A stretch of DNA of 63,692 nucleotides, the filler included, from Octopus bimaculoides (lineage: Eukaryota), in assembly GCF_001194135.2 (NCBI RefSeq). It is 6 parts of 4 records of this genome, joined end to end, with 100 filler letters (N's around TTAATTAATTAA, not from the genome) between each part and the next. Parts side by side here need not be neighbours in the genome. Positions count along the whole stretch, not along the records: positions 9,807 to 16,563 come from NC_068983.1; positions 16,664 to 21,466 come from NC_068987.1; positions 21,567 to 29,460 come from NC_068983.1; 3 more parts are not named here. One strand, written 5' to 3'. Below are positions 12,401 to 25,700 of the stretch, one piece after another; the stretch's first letter is position 1, and every line of letters begins with the position of its first letter. Under the pieces are notes generated by a model. The model was not told where the DNA came from, ran no database searches, and worked only from the letters and a program-made list of their open reading frames with translations. The position numbers were made by a program, and so were the translations under genes.

Positions 12401-13148
12401 ATACATTACAACAGATTTTTTACAAAATAAAAATTCTAATAAGTTGAACTGACAAAATTTGGGGTTGCATAATTAATGGAGTACCTTACTAAAAGCACAT
12501 ATGCTATACAAGTGCAAATTCAATTTCTGTCACCATGTTTATGTGGAAGAACTTTTTACCGTATTCAATAATAGAAAAGAAAAAAAAAAGGGAAGAAAGG
12601 AGCTGAATAAGGAAGCTGCCTGACAATTCCAAGTAACATCTATAATTCTAAACATTTAAACTCTGTGACTAGGAGTCACTAACTTTCAGTGTCTTAGTTA
12701 CGAGCCCGAATTTTCGAAATCTTAGGCTACGTAATAGCAGAGTCGTTGGAGGAGAGGATCTTGCGGTATTTGCTCCGGTTCTCTGCCCTCTGAGTTCACA
12801 TCACGTAGAGGTCAACTTTACCCTTGATCCTTTTTGGAATCGATACATTAAGGCAGTAGATTTAAGGAATTGTCAGCGCGTCGAGCAAGATGTCTTGCGG
12901 TACCTGTTTCTACGCTTTTCTTTCTGAGTTCTTGGGTGGAAAACTTAACCTGTTGTCTGCGTTAACATCGCCACTTAACACCTTGAGTAGAGTTTACTCT
13001 GTTGCAAGCAGTCGGGTTTAAGTTTTCGGTTTGTGCATTACTTCCTCTTTTTCTCCTACTAATATCAGAGACTCTGAAAAATAAAGCAATACAAAAAATG
13101 TTATTTAATTTTTATGTATAACATCACTGCGGTATGTATATATATATA

Positions 13149-13555
13149 TTTTACTCTTTTACTTGTTTCAGCAATTTGACTGCTGCCATGCTGGAGCACT
13201 GCATTAAAAGGTTTCAGTTGAGGAAATTGATCCCAGGACTTAATATCTATAAGCTTAGTACTTATTATATCAGTCTTCTTGGCCGAACTACTAAGTTACT
13301 GGGACGTAAGCGCACCAACATCGGTTGTCAAGCGATGGTGGGGGAACAATCATAGACATAAAGACACATACATAAAGATATACATGCATATATATATTCG
13401 ACGGGCTTCTTTTAGTTTCTGTCTACCAAATCCACTCACAAGGCTTTGGTCGGCCCGAGGCTATAGTAGAAGACACTTGCCCAAGGTTCCACGCAGTGGG
13501 ACTGAACCCGGAACCATGTGGTCGGGAAGCAAGCTTCTTACCATACAGCCACGCC
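13149..13555 (-). mobile_element. tRNA-derived SINE with CORE-like segment (octopus OK/OR-type by recognition); family B, full length
   Basis: Minus strand has a tRNA-like head ggcgtggctgtatggtaagaagcttgcttcc..gggttcagtccc, then ttgggcaagtgtcttc, an internal TA/CA tract and a tail ending aaacaagtaaaagag. Confidence 0.85.
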
Positions 13556-14619
13556 AGCGCTTATANNNNNNNNNNNNNNNNNNNNNNNNNNNNNNNNNNN
13601 NNNNNNNNNNNNNNNNNNNNNNNNNNNNNNNNNNNNNNNNNNNNNNNNNNNNNNNNNNNNNNNNNNNNNNNNNNNNNNNNNNNNNNNNNNNNNNNNNNNN
13701 NNNNNNNNNNNNNNNNNNNNNNNNNNNNNNNNNNNNNNNNNNNNNNNNNNNNNNNNNNNNNNNNNNNNNNNNNNNNNNNNNNNNNNNNNNNNNNNNNNNN
13801 NNNNNNNNNNNNNNNNNNNNNNNNNNNNNNNNNNNNNNNNNNNNNNNNNNNNNNNNNNNNNNNNNNNNNNNNNNNNNNNNNNNNNNNNNNNNNNNNNNNN
13901 NNNNNNNNNNNNNNNNNNNNNNNNNNNNNNNNNNNNNNNNNNNNNNNNNNNNNNNNNNNNNNNNNNNNNNNNNNNNNNNNNNNNNNNNNNNNNNNNNNNN
14001 NNNNNNNNNNNNNNNNNNNNNNNNNNNNNNNNNNNNNNNNNNNNNNNNNNNNNNNNNNNNNNNNNNNNNNNNNNNNNNNNNNNNNNNNNNNNNNNNNNNN
14101 NNNNNNNNNNNNNNNNNNNNNNNNNNNNNNNNNNNNNNNNNNNNNNNNNNNNNNNNTGTAACTTTAAAGCTGATGCACATTGCACGTATATTCCCCGATA
14201 GAATGGTGGAAGAATTTTGAAGTCGGTTATTTTTTAAAAAACCGACAAGCTTAAGTTTAAAAAAATGCAAAACTACAAGCTGTTGCAAAACATAGCAAGG
14301 GAGAGAAGAAGAGGAGAGAGAGAGGAGGGAGAAGGAGAGGAGAAAGAGAGAGAGAGGAGAGGGGAGGAGAGGAGAAAGAGAGAGAGAGAGAGAGAGGTGT
14401 ATACAAAAAGTATAATAATATCTAATAGAAATAGGTACTCTATCCAAAAATTTTCACAAACTATCAATACAAATAGCACTAAACGCGAATATATTGCAGA
14501 AAGAACAGACAAAACAAAACATCCTACCAATTAGAAAAATAATTAAAACAGACAACAAAAAAATTGAATACAGCATGGGAACTGAAACGTGTCAACTAGG
14601 AGTTTCAAATTTATCAAAT

Positions 14620-14975
14620 GAACCGAATAGCATCAAGGAACAGAACCACACCTGGATTTAAGGTTGAGAACTGAAAGGAGAAAATAAGGGCTCGGTAGCA
14701 GTGTTTCCCAAATGGATATTACCAAAGTTAATTGTAAAGCAGAATATCAAATTGGAATGTTTCTTGCGGGGAAGATTTGATGATACTATCGCTCAAATAG
14801 TAGCTGGATTATCAACATTGGTTGCAGCAGAATACAAAGGAAGATGCTAGAGAGTTGCTACCAGCCTTTATTAGACGAAATGTAGAGAAATAAAAGACTC
14901 CAGCTGTAGGAAAATGGTATAATTATGTCCTGCAGAGTGTGCTAAAAAATTAAAATGTTGCGATGTCCTGGGCTA
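14620..14975 (+). pseudogene. Highly decayed R4/Dong-like RLE-LINE fragment
   Basis: Frameshifted DDTIAQIVAGLSTLVAAEYK..RVATSLY..KWYNYVLQSVLKN*NVAMSW aligns by eye to the zinc-finger-to-RLE region seen at 19670-20000. Confidence 0.5.
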
Positions 14976-15509
14976 TGTAAATGTATATAAAAGGAGAAAA
15001 GTGAACTCATCAGGCGTCACTATAAAAGGCAAGATGACATTGCTCAAATGACAATAACACCTCAAGAAAGGAGGCTGAAAACTCTCCAAATTTAAAGACA
15101 TGAAAATTGAAATGTTAAGAAGGTAGAATAGGGACAAAACATTCAAAGTCATTATAAGAACGCTAGAATTTGTCAAAAGGAGTACGGAAAAAAGAAAATT
15201 TTTAGTGAAACATTCCATTGGGGAAGTTTAAGAAACCGTGTTTCGAGACAATGGCAATATTCTGCATAAACTATTGTATTTCAGAAGAGGAAAAAAAAAC
15301 AAAACAAAAAGAGGCAGATAACTAAATTTACTCTTCTTAAGGGTCCCGGGAAGGATCCATGAGAACTTGTATCCCTAATTGGAAGATGATGTTGCTGATC
15401 ACCATCTCAAATATAATATAATAAAATATATGTACATATACACACACACACACAAATATATGGGTATATTTATATATGTGCATATATACACATATATTTG
15501 TGTGCGTGC

Positions 15510-15557
<48 letters not shown>

Positions 15558-15574
15558 ATGTGTGTGTATATATG

Positions 15575-15641
<67 letters not shown>

Positions 15642-16309
15642 GTATATTTATATGTGTGTAATATGTGTGTATATATCTTATACATAAATGGCAATTTCTG
15701 CCTGTCGATCTGTCTGTTACCATCTTACTGCCTACACAAGTGAACCAACCTTGCCGTAACTTTGCATACATGTTAAACTAACATCCTGTCCAATTATAGT
15801 CTAATTGGATTTCAATAAAAATCTATAATGGGCTCCCTAGTGGAGTTGGGTTATTTGATAAAAAGAGTGTTAATGTGAGGGAGATGTGGTGGCATAGTGA
15901 GTGTGGCTGATATCAGGGAAGTGGGGAACAGCGTAGTGTAAGCGACAAATATGGAGTGGCACAGGCATGATAACGTTTATACAACAGTCATTTACGGATA
16001 AACACTCGATTCTGCATACATACTTTAGTAAATACATAGATACATGCATACATACACACGCTTACATACGCACACATATACATTCACCTACACATAACTA
16101 ACTTTTAAAACGCCGAGGAAGGGGAAGAAAGGTGGGTGTGAGGAATACGTAGCTTTAAGGAGAGAGGGAGTGGGCAGTTTTTCTGCTGTCCATCGCAAAC
16201 ACTCACACAGACAGACACATATACATATATATACATCCGTACATAATACACACATATATCTACTTTACACTATTTAAAACTCGTGATTACCTGTGTGTAC
16301 GTTTGTAAA

Positions 16310-16368
<59 letters not shown>

Positions 16369-16663
16369 GTGTATGTGTGTGTGTGATGTCCTATAACTCT
16401 CTGTCACCCTAAATAATTTTCCACGTTAAACCCGATTTTGTTATGTATTTGTTCTAGAAAATTTGCAGAAAAATGTTACCGTAGTTTAAAGTTTAATCAA
16501 TTTTACCTAATCAGAAAACAAGATTTGGAAGCTGGCATTTTCTGCATGATGGCTGTCTATCACNNNNNNNNNNNNNNNNNNNNNNNNNNNNNNNNNNNNN
16601 NNNNNNNTTAATTAATTAANNNNNNNNNNNNNNNNNNNNNNNNNNNNNNNNNNNNNNNNNNNN

Positions 16664-16870
16664 CCATTCTCTCGTTTAACTGTGAGGAAGGAAGACTAGG
16701 AAATTCTTTTTCGAACGAAACACTGCAAAATTCAGCGTTCGTTTCACGAAAATTTTCATGGCTACAAGACGCCAGCGTCTCAAAAAAAAATGGCTAGAAA
16801 GCCGAAATTGATTTTTAAATCCTGGAAATGTGCCACACAGGGCAGATTTCCGTCGCAAAAAACTTGCACC
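16664..16870 (+). pseudogene. Possible N-terminal fragment of an IS630-Tc1-mariner transposase
   Basis: EILFRTKHCKIQRSFHENF..TPASQ..FKSWKC..GRFP loosely matches rosa/maT-type N-termini. Short and adjacent to a gap. Confidence 0.3.
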
Positions 16871-16987
16871 AGAGAGTCTATAAGTTGTTATACAACTTTC
16901 TATATAAAATAAACTTTACAAACAAACTTTTTAAAACATGAAAAAGGCAAAACTTACGGAGCCGACACGTCTACCATCTGTCCATAG

Positions 16988-17030
<43 letters not shown>

Positions 17031-17243
17031 GATGGAGACAGATAGTCACACATACATATATACAGGCTTTCATGCATACATAATGCGTACATAAGCATGC
17101 TGACACATACATACGGACACACAATAACAAACATACACACACACACACGTGCATGTGATTGTGTGTGCGTATTTATACAATTCTGTGTCCATATGTACGC
17201 GTGAGTATGCCCAGGATTACGTTTATCCCCATTAGTGTAGCGA

Positions 17244-17262
17244 CCAGCGCCACCTAGTGCCA
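17244..17262 (-). promoter_or_regulatory. CTCF-consensus-like motif
   Basis: Minus strand TGGCACTAGGTGGCGCTGG resembles the CCACYAGRKGGCRC core. Motif match only. Confidence 0.35.
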
Positions 17263-19172
17263 GACAGTGTCTCTAAATACCAGTAGCAAATGTATTTTAA
17301 GAGAAAATAAGACACTAATGGATACGAAAACAAAGGTCATCGTGAAACGATGCTAGACTGTAAGAAAAAAGGATTGGGGTTGGTCGAAGGAGGAGGAGTA
17401 GGAGCGATAGGCTAGGGGGAGAGGTGAGCAGATAGGTTAGGGTCTGTAATACCTGAAAGATGTATTATTTATGCAAGTGAAATTATGAACATATATGTGT
17501 ATGTATGCATGTGTGCGTGTGCGTAGTTATGTACTTAAATACGTATAGGAAATATGTGTGTGTATGTATGTATGCGTGCGTGTGTATGTAGCTATATCTG
17601 TATTTATGAGCAAAACCATATTTAAATACTTATAAGCAATATTTATTTATATACATATACATACTTACATAAATATGTATGCAAATATATATATTCATGT
17701 ATATATATATGAGCGTGTATATATATTCATATATGTGTGTATATGTAAGTATGTATGTATATATATATATATGTGTGTGTGTGTGTATGTTTGTGTGTGT
17801 GTAAGTATGTATATATGTGTGTATACATATGTAATATGTATATTGAACATATATATGTGTATGTATGTATGTATGAATGAATGTATGTGCATGCATANNN
17901 NNNNNNNNNNNNNNNNNNNNNNNNNNNNNNNNNNNNNNNNNNNNNNNNNNNNNNNNNNNNNNNNNNNNNNNNNNNNNNNNNNNNNNNNNNNNNNNNNATA
18001 TATATGTGTATGTATGTATGTATGAATGAATGTATGTGCATGCATATATTTATATGTGTGTGTGTGTGTGCATACATACATAAACATACTTAAATACATA
18101 CGCATATACACGATCACACACACACACAAGTACAGTTATCAATAGGTCTATATATCTTTGTGTATATATAATTATATGTGTGATTAACGGCTTTCAGAAC
18201 AGACTCCTGATTATGGACACTGAGCTAAGGTCATGTGACTTTATATATAATTCGTCTTCTCTCATCTTCAGTCATATAGTAACATCTTTGGGAGATAACT
18301 ATTTGATCGGCAGCCATGATTGTGACGTGGTTTTTATGGCGTTGCTTCACTTCAAATATCAGTGTTTCCTTTTGAAGTAGTCAGTTTGATCATGCACCGT
18401 CTATACATACATACATACATACATACATACATACATACTAATATATATATATATATATATATATATNNNNNNNNNNNNNNNNNNNNNNNNNNNNNNNNNN
18501 NNNNNNNNNNNNNNNNNNNNNNNNNNNNNNNNNNNNNNNNNNNNNNNNNNNNNNNNNNNNNNNNNNNNNNNNNNNNNNNNNNNNNNNNNNNNNNNNNNNN
18601 NNNNNNNNNNNNNNNNNNNNNNNNNNNNNNNNNNNNNNNNNNNNNNNNNNNNNNNNNNNNNNNNNNNNNNNNNNNNNNNNNNNNNNNNNNNNNNNNNNNN
18701 NNNNNNNNNNNNNNNNNNNNNNNNNNNNNNNNNNNNNNNNNNNNNNNNNNNNNNNNNNNNNNNNNNNNNNNNNNNNNNNNNNNNNNNNNNNNNNNNNNNN
18801 NNNNNNNNNNNNNNNNNNNNNNNNNNNNNNNNNNNNNNNNNNNNNNNNNNNNNNNNNNNNNNNNNNNNNNNNNNNNNNNNNNNNNNNNNNNNNNNNNNNN
18901 NNNNNNNNNNNNNNNNNNNNNNNNNNNNNNNNNNNNNNNNNNNNNNNNNNNNNNNNNNNNNNNNNNNNNNNNNNNNNNNNNNNNNNNNNNNNNNNNNNNN
19001 NNNNNNNNNNNNNNNNNNNNNNNNNNNNNNNNNNNNNNNNNNNNNNNNNNNNNNNNNNNNNNNNNNNNNNNNNNNNNNNNNNNNNNNNNNNNNNNNNNNN
19101 NNNNNNNNNNNNNNNNNNNNNNNNNNNNNNNNNNNNNNNNNNNNNNNNNNNNNNNNNNNNNNNNNNNNNNNN

Positions 19173-19225
<53 letters not shown>

Positions 19226-19669
19226 GCTCTCTCTCTCTCTCCTTTCAGCAACAACTCCTCGATGTTCCAATAGGACAAGCTAAAAAAACCGAGAGGGTAT
19301 TCTGTGTTTGCTGGAAACCATAGAGGCACCTAAAACTATTTGAGAAAGCGCGGTACAACCTATTAGGTTATACTCGTTTGCGAGTGACGGCTAAGCATTT
19401 TACATCCCATTTACTTGTGCCTCTGACAATCTTTCCTGTCGTTTCTCTATATATCATTCTATTTCTCCATTGATATGTGTGCGTGCATGTATAAAGAGAG
19501 AAACAAAGATGAGAGGCAATAGTAGGATGTTGTATACGATATAAATCTAGTTGTGAAAATCAAAATGGAACATAGAAACGATTAACGGAAGAAGACAAGA
19601 ATGCATGAAACATCTCTCGTCAGCTATGGAGTCACCGTAGTTTCAGCGCGTTTAAAGTTCGTGTATTTT

Positions 19670-20000
19670 GAGCTGACCCAAAATGCCGATTTTGTAACGA
19701 TGCGATTGAAACTATAGACCACCTAATCTCAGGGTGTAGAGTCTTAGCACCTGTAGAATATAAAGCAAGACATGACAGAGTTGGCCAGTATTTACACTGG
19801 ACAATATGTCAGCATTATAAAATCAAAACCGCTGACAAATGGTATAAACACCATCCTGAAGCTGTGACTGAGGGAGAAAATGTATCGATTCTCTGGGACT
19901 TCCCCGTACATACTGACAAGACTATAAAAGCTAATAAACCGGATATTATCATAAAAGATCAGACAAAGAAGACGTGTTTATTAATTGACATGAGTATTCC
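19670..20000 (+). pseudogene. R4/Dong-like non-LTR retrotransposon C-terminus: CCHC finger + restriction-like endonuclease (runs into gap)
   Basis: Open frame KCRFCNDAIETIDHLISGC (CX2CX8HX4C)..YKARHDRVGQYLHW..ILWDFPVHTDKTIKANKPDIIIKDQTKKTCLLIDMSIP (PD-X14-D). Confidence 0.9.
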
Positions 20001-20800
20001 NNNNNNNNNNNNNNNNNNNNNNNNNNNNNNNNNNNNNNNNNNNNNNNNNNNNNNNNNNNNNNNNNNNNNNNNNNNNNNNNNNNNNNNNNNNNNNNNNNNN
20101 NNNNNNNNNNNNNNNNNNNNNNNNNNNNNNNNNNNNNNNNNNNNNNNNNNNNNNNNNNNNNNNNNNNNNNNNNNNNNNNNNNNNNNNNNNNNNNNNNNNN
20201 NNNNNNNNNNNNNNNNNNNNNNNNNNNNNNNNNNNNNNNNNNNNNNNNNNNNNNNNNNNNNNNNNNNNNNNNNNNNNNNNNNNNNNNNNNNNNNNNNNNN
20301 NNNNNNNNNNNNNNNNNNNNNNNNNNNNNNNNNNNNNNNNNNNNNNNNNNNNNNNNNNNNNNNNNNNNNNNNNNNNNNNNNNNNNNNNNNNNNNNNNNNN
20401 NNNNNNNNNNNNNNNNNNNNNNNNNNNNNNNNNNNNNNNNNNNNNNNNNNNNNNNNNNNNNNNNNNNNNNNNNNNNNNNNNNNNNNNNNNNNNNNNNNNN
20501 NNNNNNNNNNNNNNNNNNNNNNNNNNNNNNNNNNNNNNNNNNNNNNNNNNNNNNNNNNNNNNNNNNNNNNNNNNNNNNNNNNNNNNNNNNNNNNNNNNNN
20601 NNNNNNNNNNNNNNNNNNNNNNNNNNNNNNNNNNNNNNNNNNNNNNNNNNNNNNNNNNNNNNNNNNNNNNNNNNNNNNNNNNNNNNNNNNNNNNNNNNNN
20701 NNNNNNNNNNNNNNNNNNNNNNNNNNNNNNNNNNNNNNNNNNNNNNNNNNNNNNNNNNNNNNNNNNNNNNNNNNNNNNNNNNNNNNNNNNNNNNNNNNNA

Positions 20801-20955
20801 AGAAGAAGAAGAAGAAGAAGAAGAAGAAGAAGAAGAAGAAGAAGAAGAAGAAGAAGAAGAAGAAGAAGAAGAAGAAGAAGAAGAAGAAGAAAAAGAAGAA
20901 GAAGAAGAAGAAGAAGAAGAAGAAGAAGAAGAAGAAGAAGAAGAAGAAGAAGAAG
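20801..20955. repeat. (AAG)n microsatellite
   Basis: Direct reading; explains the poly-K and poly-L ORFs. Other triplet tracts: (ATT)n 21620-21730, (ATC)n 26681-26738, (TAT)n 27018-27123, (TTA)n/(TTG)n 27503-27650, (AAG/GAG/AAC)n 40251-40440. Confidence 0.95.
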
Positions 20956-21078
20956 GATGGAGAAGAACAACAACATCAACAACAATGACGATTACGACGA
21001 CGACAAATGAGAGAGAAGGTTTCCAATGTTTACAGGAGAAAAATTAGTAAGGTGCTCGAAAGAAAATTTAACGGAGGG

Positions 21079-21246
21079 AATATTCTTTTCTACTCTAGGC
21101 ACAAGGCCCGAAATTTTGGGGGAGGCCAGTCGATTAGATCGACCCCAGTACGCAACTGGTACATAATTTATCAACCCCGAAAGGATGAAAGACAAGGTCG
21201 ACCTCGGTGGAATTTAAACTCAGAACGTAAAGACAGACGAAATACC
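21079..21246 (-). mobile_element. SINE family A, 5'-truncated
   Basis: Reverse complement of the 27126-27343 sequence. Confidence 0.85.
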
Positions 21247-21670
21247 AATTTCTGTATTGCCCACAAGGGGCCAAACATAAAATGGTACAAAACAACTGAT
21301 TGGGATCAGTAATGCGAATGGTTTACATAAATATGACTTTAAAAATTTTATAAAATATAAAAAATCGAATGATATTAACAGTACGTTAGACAACACAAAT
21401 GAAGCGATGATCAGGCCACGCTCCGACCCCACAATCCCCGATCTATCGCTGGCACCTTTTTTTTCTNNNNNNNNNNNNNNNNNNNNNNNNNNNNNNNNNN
21501 NNNNNNNNNNTTAATTAATTAANNNNNNNNNNNNNNNNNNNNNNNNNNNNNNNNNNNNNNNNNNNNGGGCGGAGGGGGAAGAGGAGGAATTATTTCTGTT
21601 GTTGCTTCTGCTGCTGTTGTTATTACTATAATGATCATCATTATTATTATTACTATTATTATTATTATTA

Positions 21671-21722
<52 letters not shown>

Positions 21723-22665
21723 CATTATTATTATTCTCCTTCTAATCCATCCCAGAATATGTTCCAAAATATGAGGCATATGCCAATGGTATCGTTAAAG
21801 AATGTACGTTTCGAACCTTTTCTTGGTAGCTTATGCATCCTTTTAAGTGTATAACTTACCTGAAATCAATGTACCATTTATCAATACGCTAGATTTAGAC
21901 ACTTGAAATACACTTGGAATCACCCAAATCATCAGGATGTGACGTAGCAGGACTTGGGTGGACCAATAGCTTATTTGATATCGATTTTCAATAATAAGAG
22001 CGGATTTTGCTGACTATATCTTCTAGCTATTATTCAGTACCTACTCTGACATTATTTAGTGAGGATACACGGATGTGTAATCATAGATGTTCCACTTAGA
22101 TTTTGTATGAACGGAATTTGCTAGGTGTTGAAAGTTCTTCAATGTTCTTGATTCTGTATAACTTATGATGATGGTTTAATCATAGAGGATATATTGATCT
22201 ACTTAGCGAGAATATGATACAATAGTTCTGTACCATTTATATGGTTACTGTCTATGTTATACTATAAACAATTTGGCTCCCGCTTCGGTGATAAAAACGT
22301 TTGACTGCACACTCTTCTGAATATGTACTTTGTTCGTTAAACCTATTATGTTATCCTTCAGTGTCATATTCATGCTTGTACCAACAGCTTATTCATCCAT
22401 ATCCCATAATGTATTGACGTATTGATGTCCGTGTGCATAAAAGCGTACGTGAACAAGTAAAAGAATGTATATGTAAATGCCTGTAGATATAAGAAATTGC
22501 GCGCCAGCGCTCGATAGCAAGGTACAGAATATGTTACCACAAAATCATGGAAACAAGCACAAACAGCCAATGCCGTGTTTTCTTTCCAGTTAACATAACA
22601 ATAAGCCAATAAACACCAACAGCAATAAATATACCGACGAAAAGGGCATGTGTTTCTATATGGGA

Positions 22666-24615
22666 GTGTATGTGTTTTTATATTATGGAAAGAAAACAAA
22701 GTGCCTATGTAAATATACGTGCACACAGACATGAGTTCTTAACAGCGAAATATCACGCAACCAAGGAATACGCATTTACAAATTCTGCAACAGAAATAAC
22801 AGGAACGAATCGGCAGAAAAGAAGTAGCGGGAAAATTACCAAACACAATCACAGATGTGTGTTGAAAGAGTTTGCCAAACCAATCAATTGACTAACTAAT
22901 TAATTAATTAAAAATTTAGTTACAATTAGTGCTTATATATCTACTGGCAGGCTGATTATTGCAAAATAGAGAAAAGAATTTTATTTAACAGACCTGAAAT
23001 GAAAAAGGAATTTTGAAATTACTTTTGTTCCCTTTAATTCAAAGGAAAAGAAATGTCGATATATATTTTGTTCAAATTTTATACAGACGTAAGATAATAA
23101 GAGATTTCCATATATGTTATGATCCGATATATTTGGTTGGTATATTAAATTGGATGATTATTAAATTCTTTTATTGATATCTACGAGGTTGACAAAGTAT
23201 ATTATTGCACATGCAAAAAAAGTTATCTATATATGTCATTATATATTTACAACAATGTTGATGTTGCGAATACATTGTTTAGATACAGCAAGAATTGAAA
23301 TTTATATCTTGGTCGGATTTCTTAAATTTTTTTAAGTTTGCAATTGCCAAATGATAGTCTCCAACGTTTCCAATGAGTCATTCACTTGTTCTTCGCGTAT
23401 CTGCCTGTGTTCTAATGGCATATTAGAAATTCTATGCAGAATCAATATCGCAATGAATTTATTTCTAAAATCACTGGTGTTTCGTTTTTTATTCTCTCGT
23501 CGATGCATAAAAGCTTCAGTGTTTGTTCCATAAACTAAATTATCCCCACAGAATAAATGTTCGGTCCAAGGAGATATTTCCATTCCTTTTAACTCCTTTT
23601 TATTTATTTTCGTTATTGGACTGCAGACTTCATGGTGCAGCGCAATGAAAGCTTTAGTCGAATATCTCCACTACAGTACTTACTTGTTAGCATGATACTC
23701 ATTCAATTGTTTCATTTTGGAAAGGCGCTAACTTATGCGGAAGCAAACAAAACAGCACCTGATGTAAAACCATGTAACATAAACATAAATCACACACCTC
23801 ACCTCATCGGACGCACACACACAAACACGCACATACACACATACACATACAAACAAGCACATACACACATACACACACACGTGTGTATGTGTTTTTGTAT
23901 TATGGAAAGAAAACAAAGTGCCTATGTAAATATACGTGCACACAGACATGAGTTCTTAACAGCGAAAAATCACGCAACCAAGGAATACGCATTTACAAAT
24001 TCTGCAACAGAAATAACAGGAACGAATCGGCGGAAAGGATGGTAGCGGGAAAATTACCAAAGACAATCACAGACGTATGTTGAAAGAGTTTGCCAAACCA
24101 ATCAATTGACAAACTAATTAATTAATTAAAATTTTAGTTGCAATTAATGCTTCTGTATCTACTGGCAGGCTGACTATTGCAAAATAGAGAAAAGAATTTT
24201 ATTTAACAGACCTGAAATGAAAAAGGAATTTAGAAACTACTTTTTTNNNNNNNNNNTGTTGAAAGAGTTTGCCAAACCAATCAATTGACAAACTAATTAA
24301 TTAATTAAAATTTTAGTTGCAATTAATGCTTCTGTATCTACTGGCAGGCTGACTATTGCAAAATAGAGAAAAGAATTTTATTTAACAGACCTGAAATGAA
24401 AAAGGAATTTAGAAACTACTTTTTTTCCCTTTAAGTGAAAGGAAAAGAAATGTCAATATATTTTGTTCAACTTTTATACAGACGTAAGAGAATAAGAGAA
24501 TTCCATATATGTTATGATCCGATATATTTGGTTGGTATATTAAATTGGATGATTATTAAATTCTTTTATTGATATCTACGAGGTTGACAAAGTATATTAT
24601 TGCACAGGCAAAAAA
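22666..24615. repeat. Local direct duplication of about 555 bp of non-TE-like sequence (22666-23220 and 23883-24615), period 1217 bp
   Basis: Copies align with scattered substitutions. Copy 2 is inflated by an exact about 170-bp re-start across the 10-N gap at 24247. Confidence 0.9.
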
Positions 24616-25109
24616 GGGTAATCTATATATATCCCCTTTCCCTATCTCCGACTCCCCCACTGCATTCTCCTCTCTCCCATCCCCTCCCTTTCGCCCATGT
24701 CTTCTCCTTCTCCCTTCAGCCAATCCCGTATGTATAGATAAATAGATAGATAGATAGATAGTTAGGTATATATAGATACAGGGATAGTTAGAGAGAGTGA
24801 GAGAGAAATAGAGAGAGAATGACAGACAGACACACAGAGACAAATAGATAGATACATACATACATGCATATACATATGCATGCATATATACATACATATA
24901 TACACACATACATGCATGCATGCTTCCATGCATACATACATACGTACATGCATGTGTACATACATACATACATACATACATGCATACATACATACATACA
25001 TACATACATACATACATACATAGAAGGAAAACCCCGATGACAAAGAAATAGGAAACCCCTGTATGGCAGAAACCATACCCACTCATAATAAAAAGGAATA
25101 TCCCATTGA

Positions 25110-25700
25110 AGGCCTCAATAAAATGTAAGCACAACAGACCTGACATAATGATTTGGTATAGAGAAGAGAACCTGTGTATAGTTTTGGAAATTAGCTACCC
25201 AGCAGATATTAACATAAAGCTGAAGATCAGTGAAAAAGAGAATGCCTACCTGAACAATGGAGAAATCTGCAGTTACTCTATCCAGATTACAAGTTCATGT
25301 TTATACTTGTAAATCTTAGGGCCTTGGTATATGTAACACACTGTCTAAATACCAATCTTGAGAAATCAGGCTTCTCAAAATCAGAAAGGAGAAAACTGAT
25401 CCGAAGCCAACAGAGCCAATTCATCACTGGAATTGTCAAAATCTGTAAAACTTTCCAGACGTTCATCATTTAAATATATATGAGCATGTCTAGATATGCA
25501 ATTATATACATGAGGAGAACAGATACATGAAACAAACCAAACAAATCTGCGCATACATACATACATACATACATACATACATACATACATACAAACATAC
25601 CCTATTGTTGATGTTGAAATTCCAATGAACGAGCCTCGGATCTAAGTTAGAAACCGGTTCTTTCTCTATTGCCAAGGAATCTTGAAATAAACTGAATAAT
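25110..25700 (+). mobile_element. RLE-LINE 3' end (same family as 42340-43200 and 56090-57830)
   Basis: KHNRPDIMIWYREENLCIVLEISYPADINI..NLQLLYPDYKFMF..GIVKICKTFQTF* followed by a 3' UTR containing a (CATA)n tract. Confidence 0.85.

Noticed and set aside
17850-18045. Direct repeat of about 45 bp
   Set aside because: Same sequence on both sides of a 100-N gap; overlap artefact in a microsatellite.
13279-21000. Long ORFs of 200-370 aa in the track (also 5560, 35200, 59321)
   Set aside because: They are open only because they run through N-gaps and microsatellites.
24077-24424. Exact about 170-bp tandem duplication
   Set aside because: Restarts right after a 10-N gap; contig-overlap artefact.
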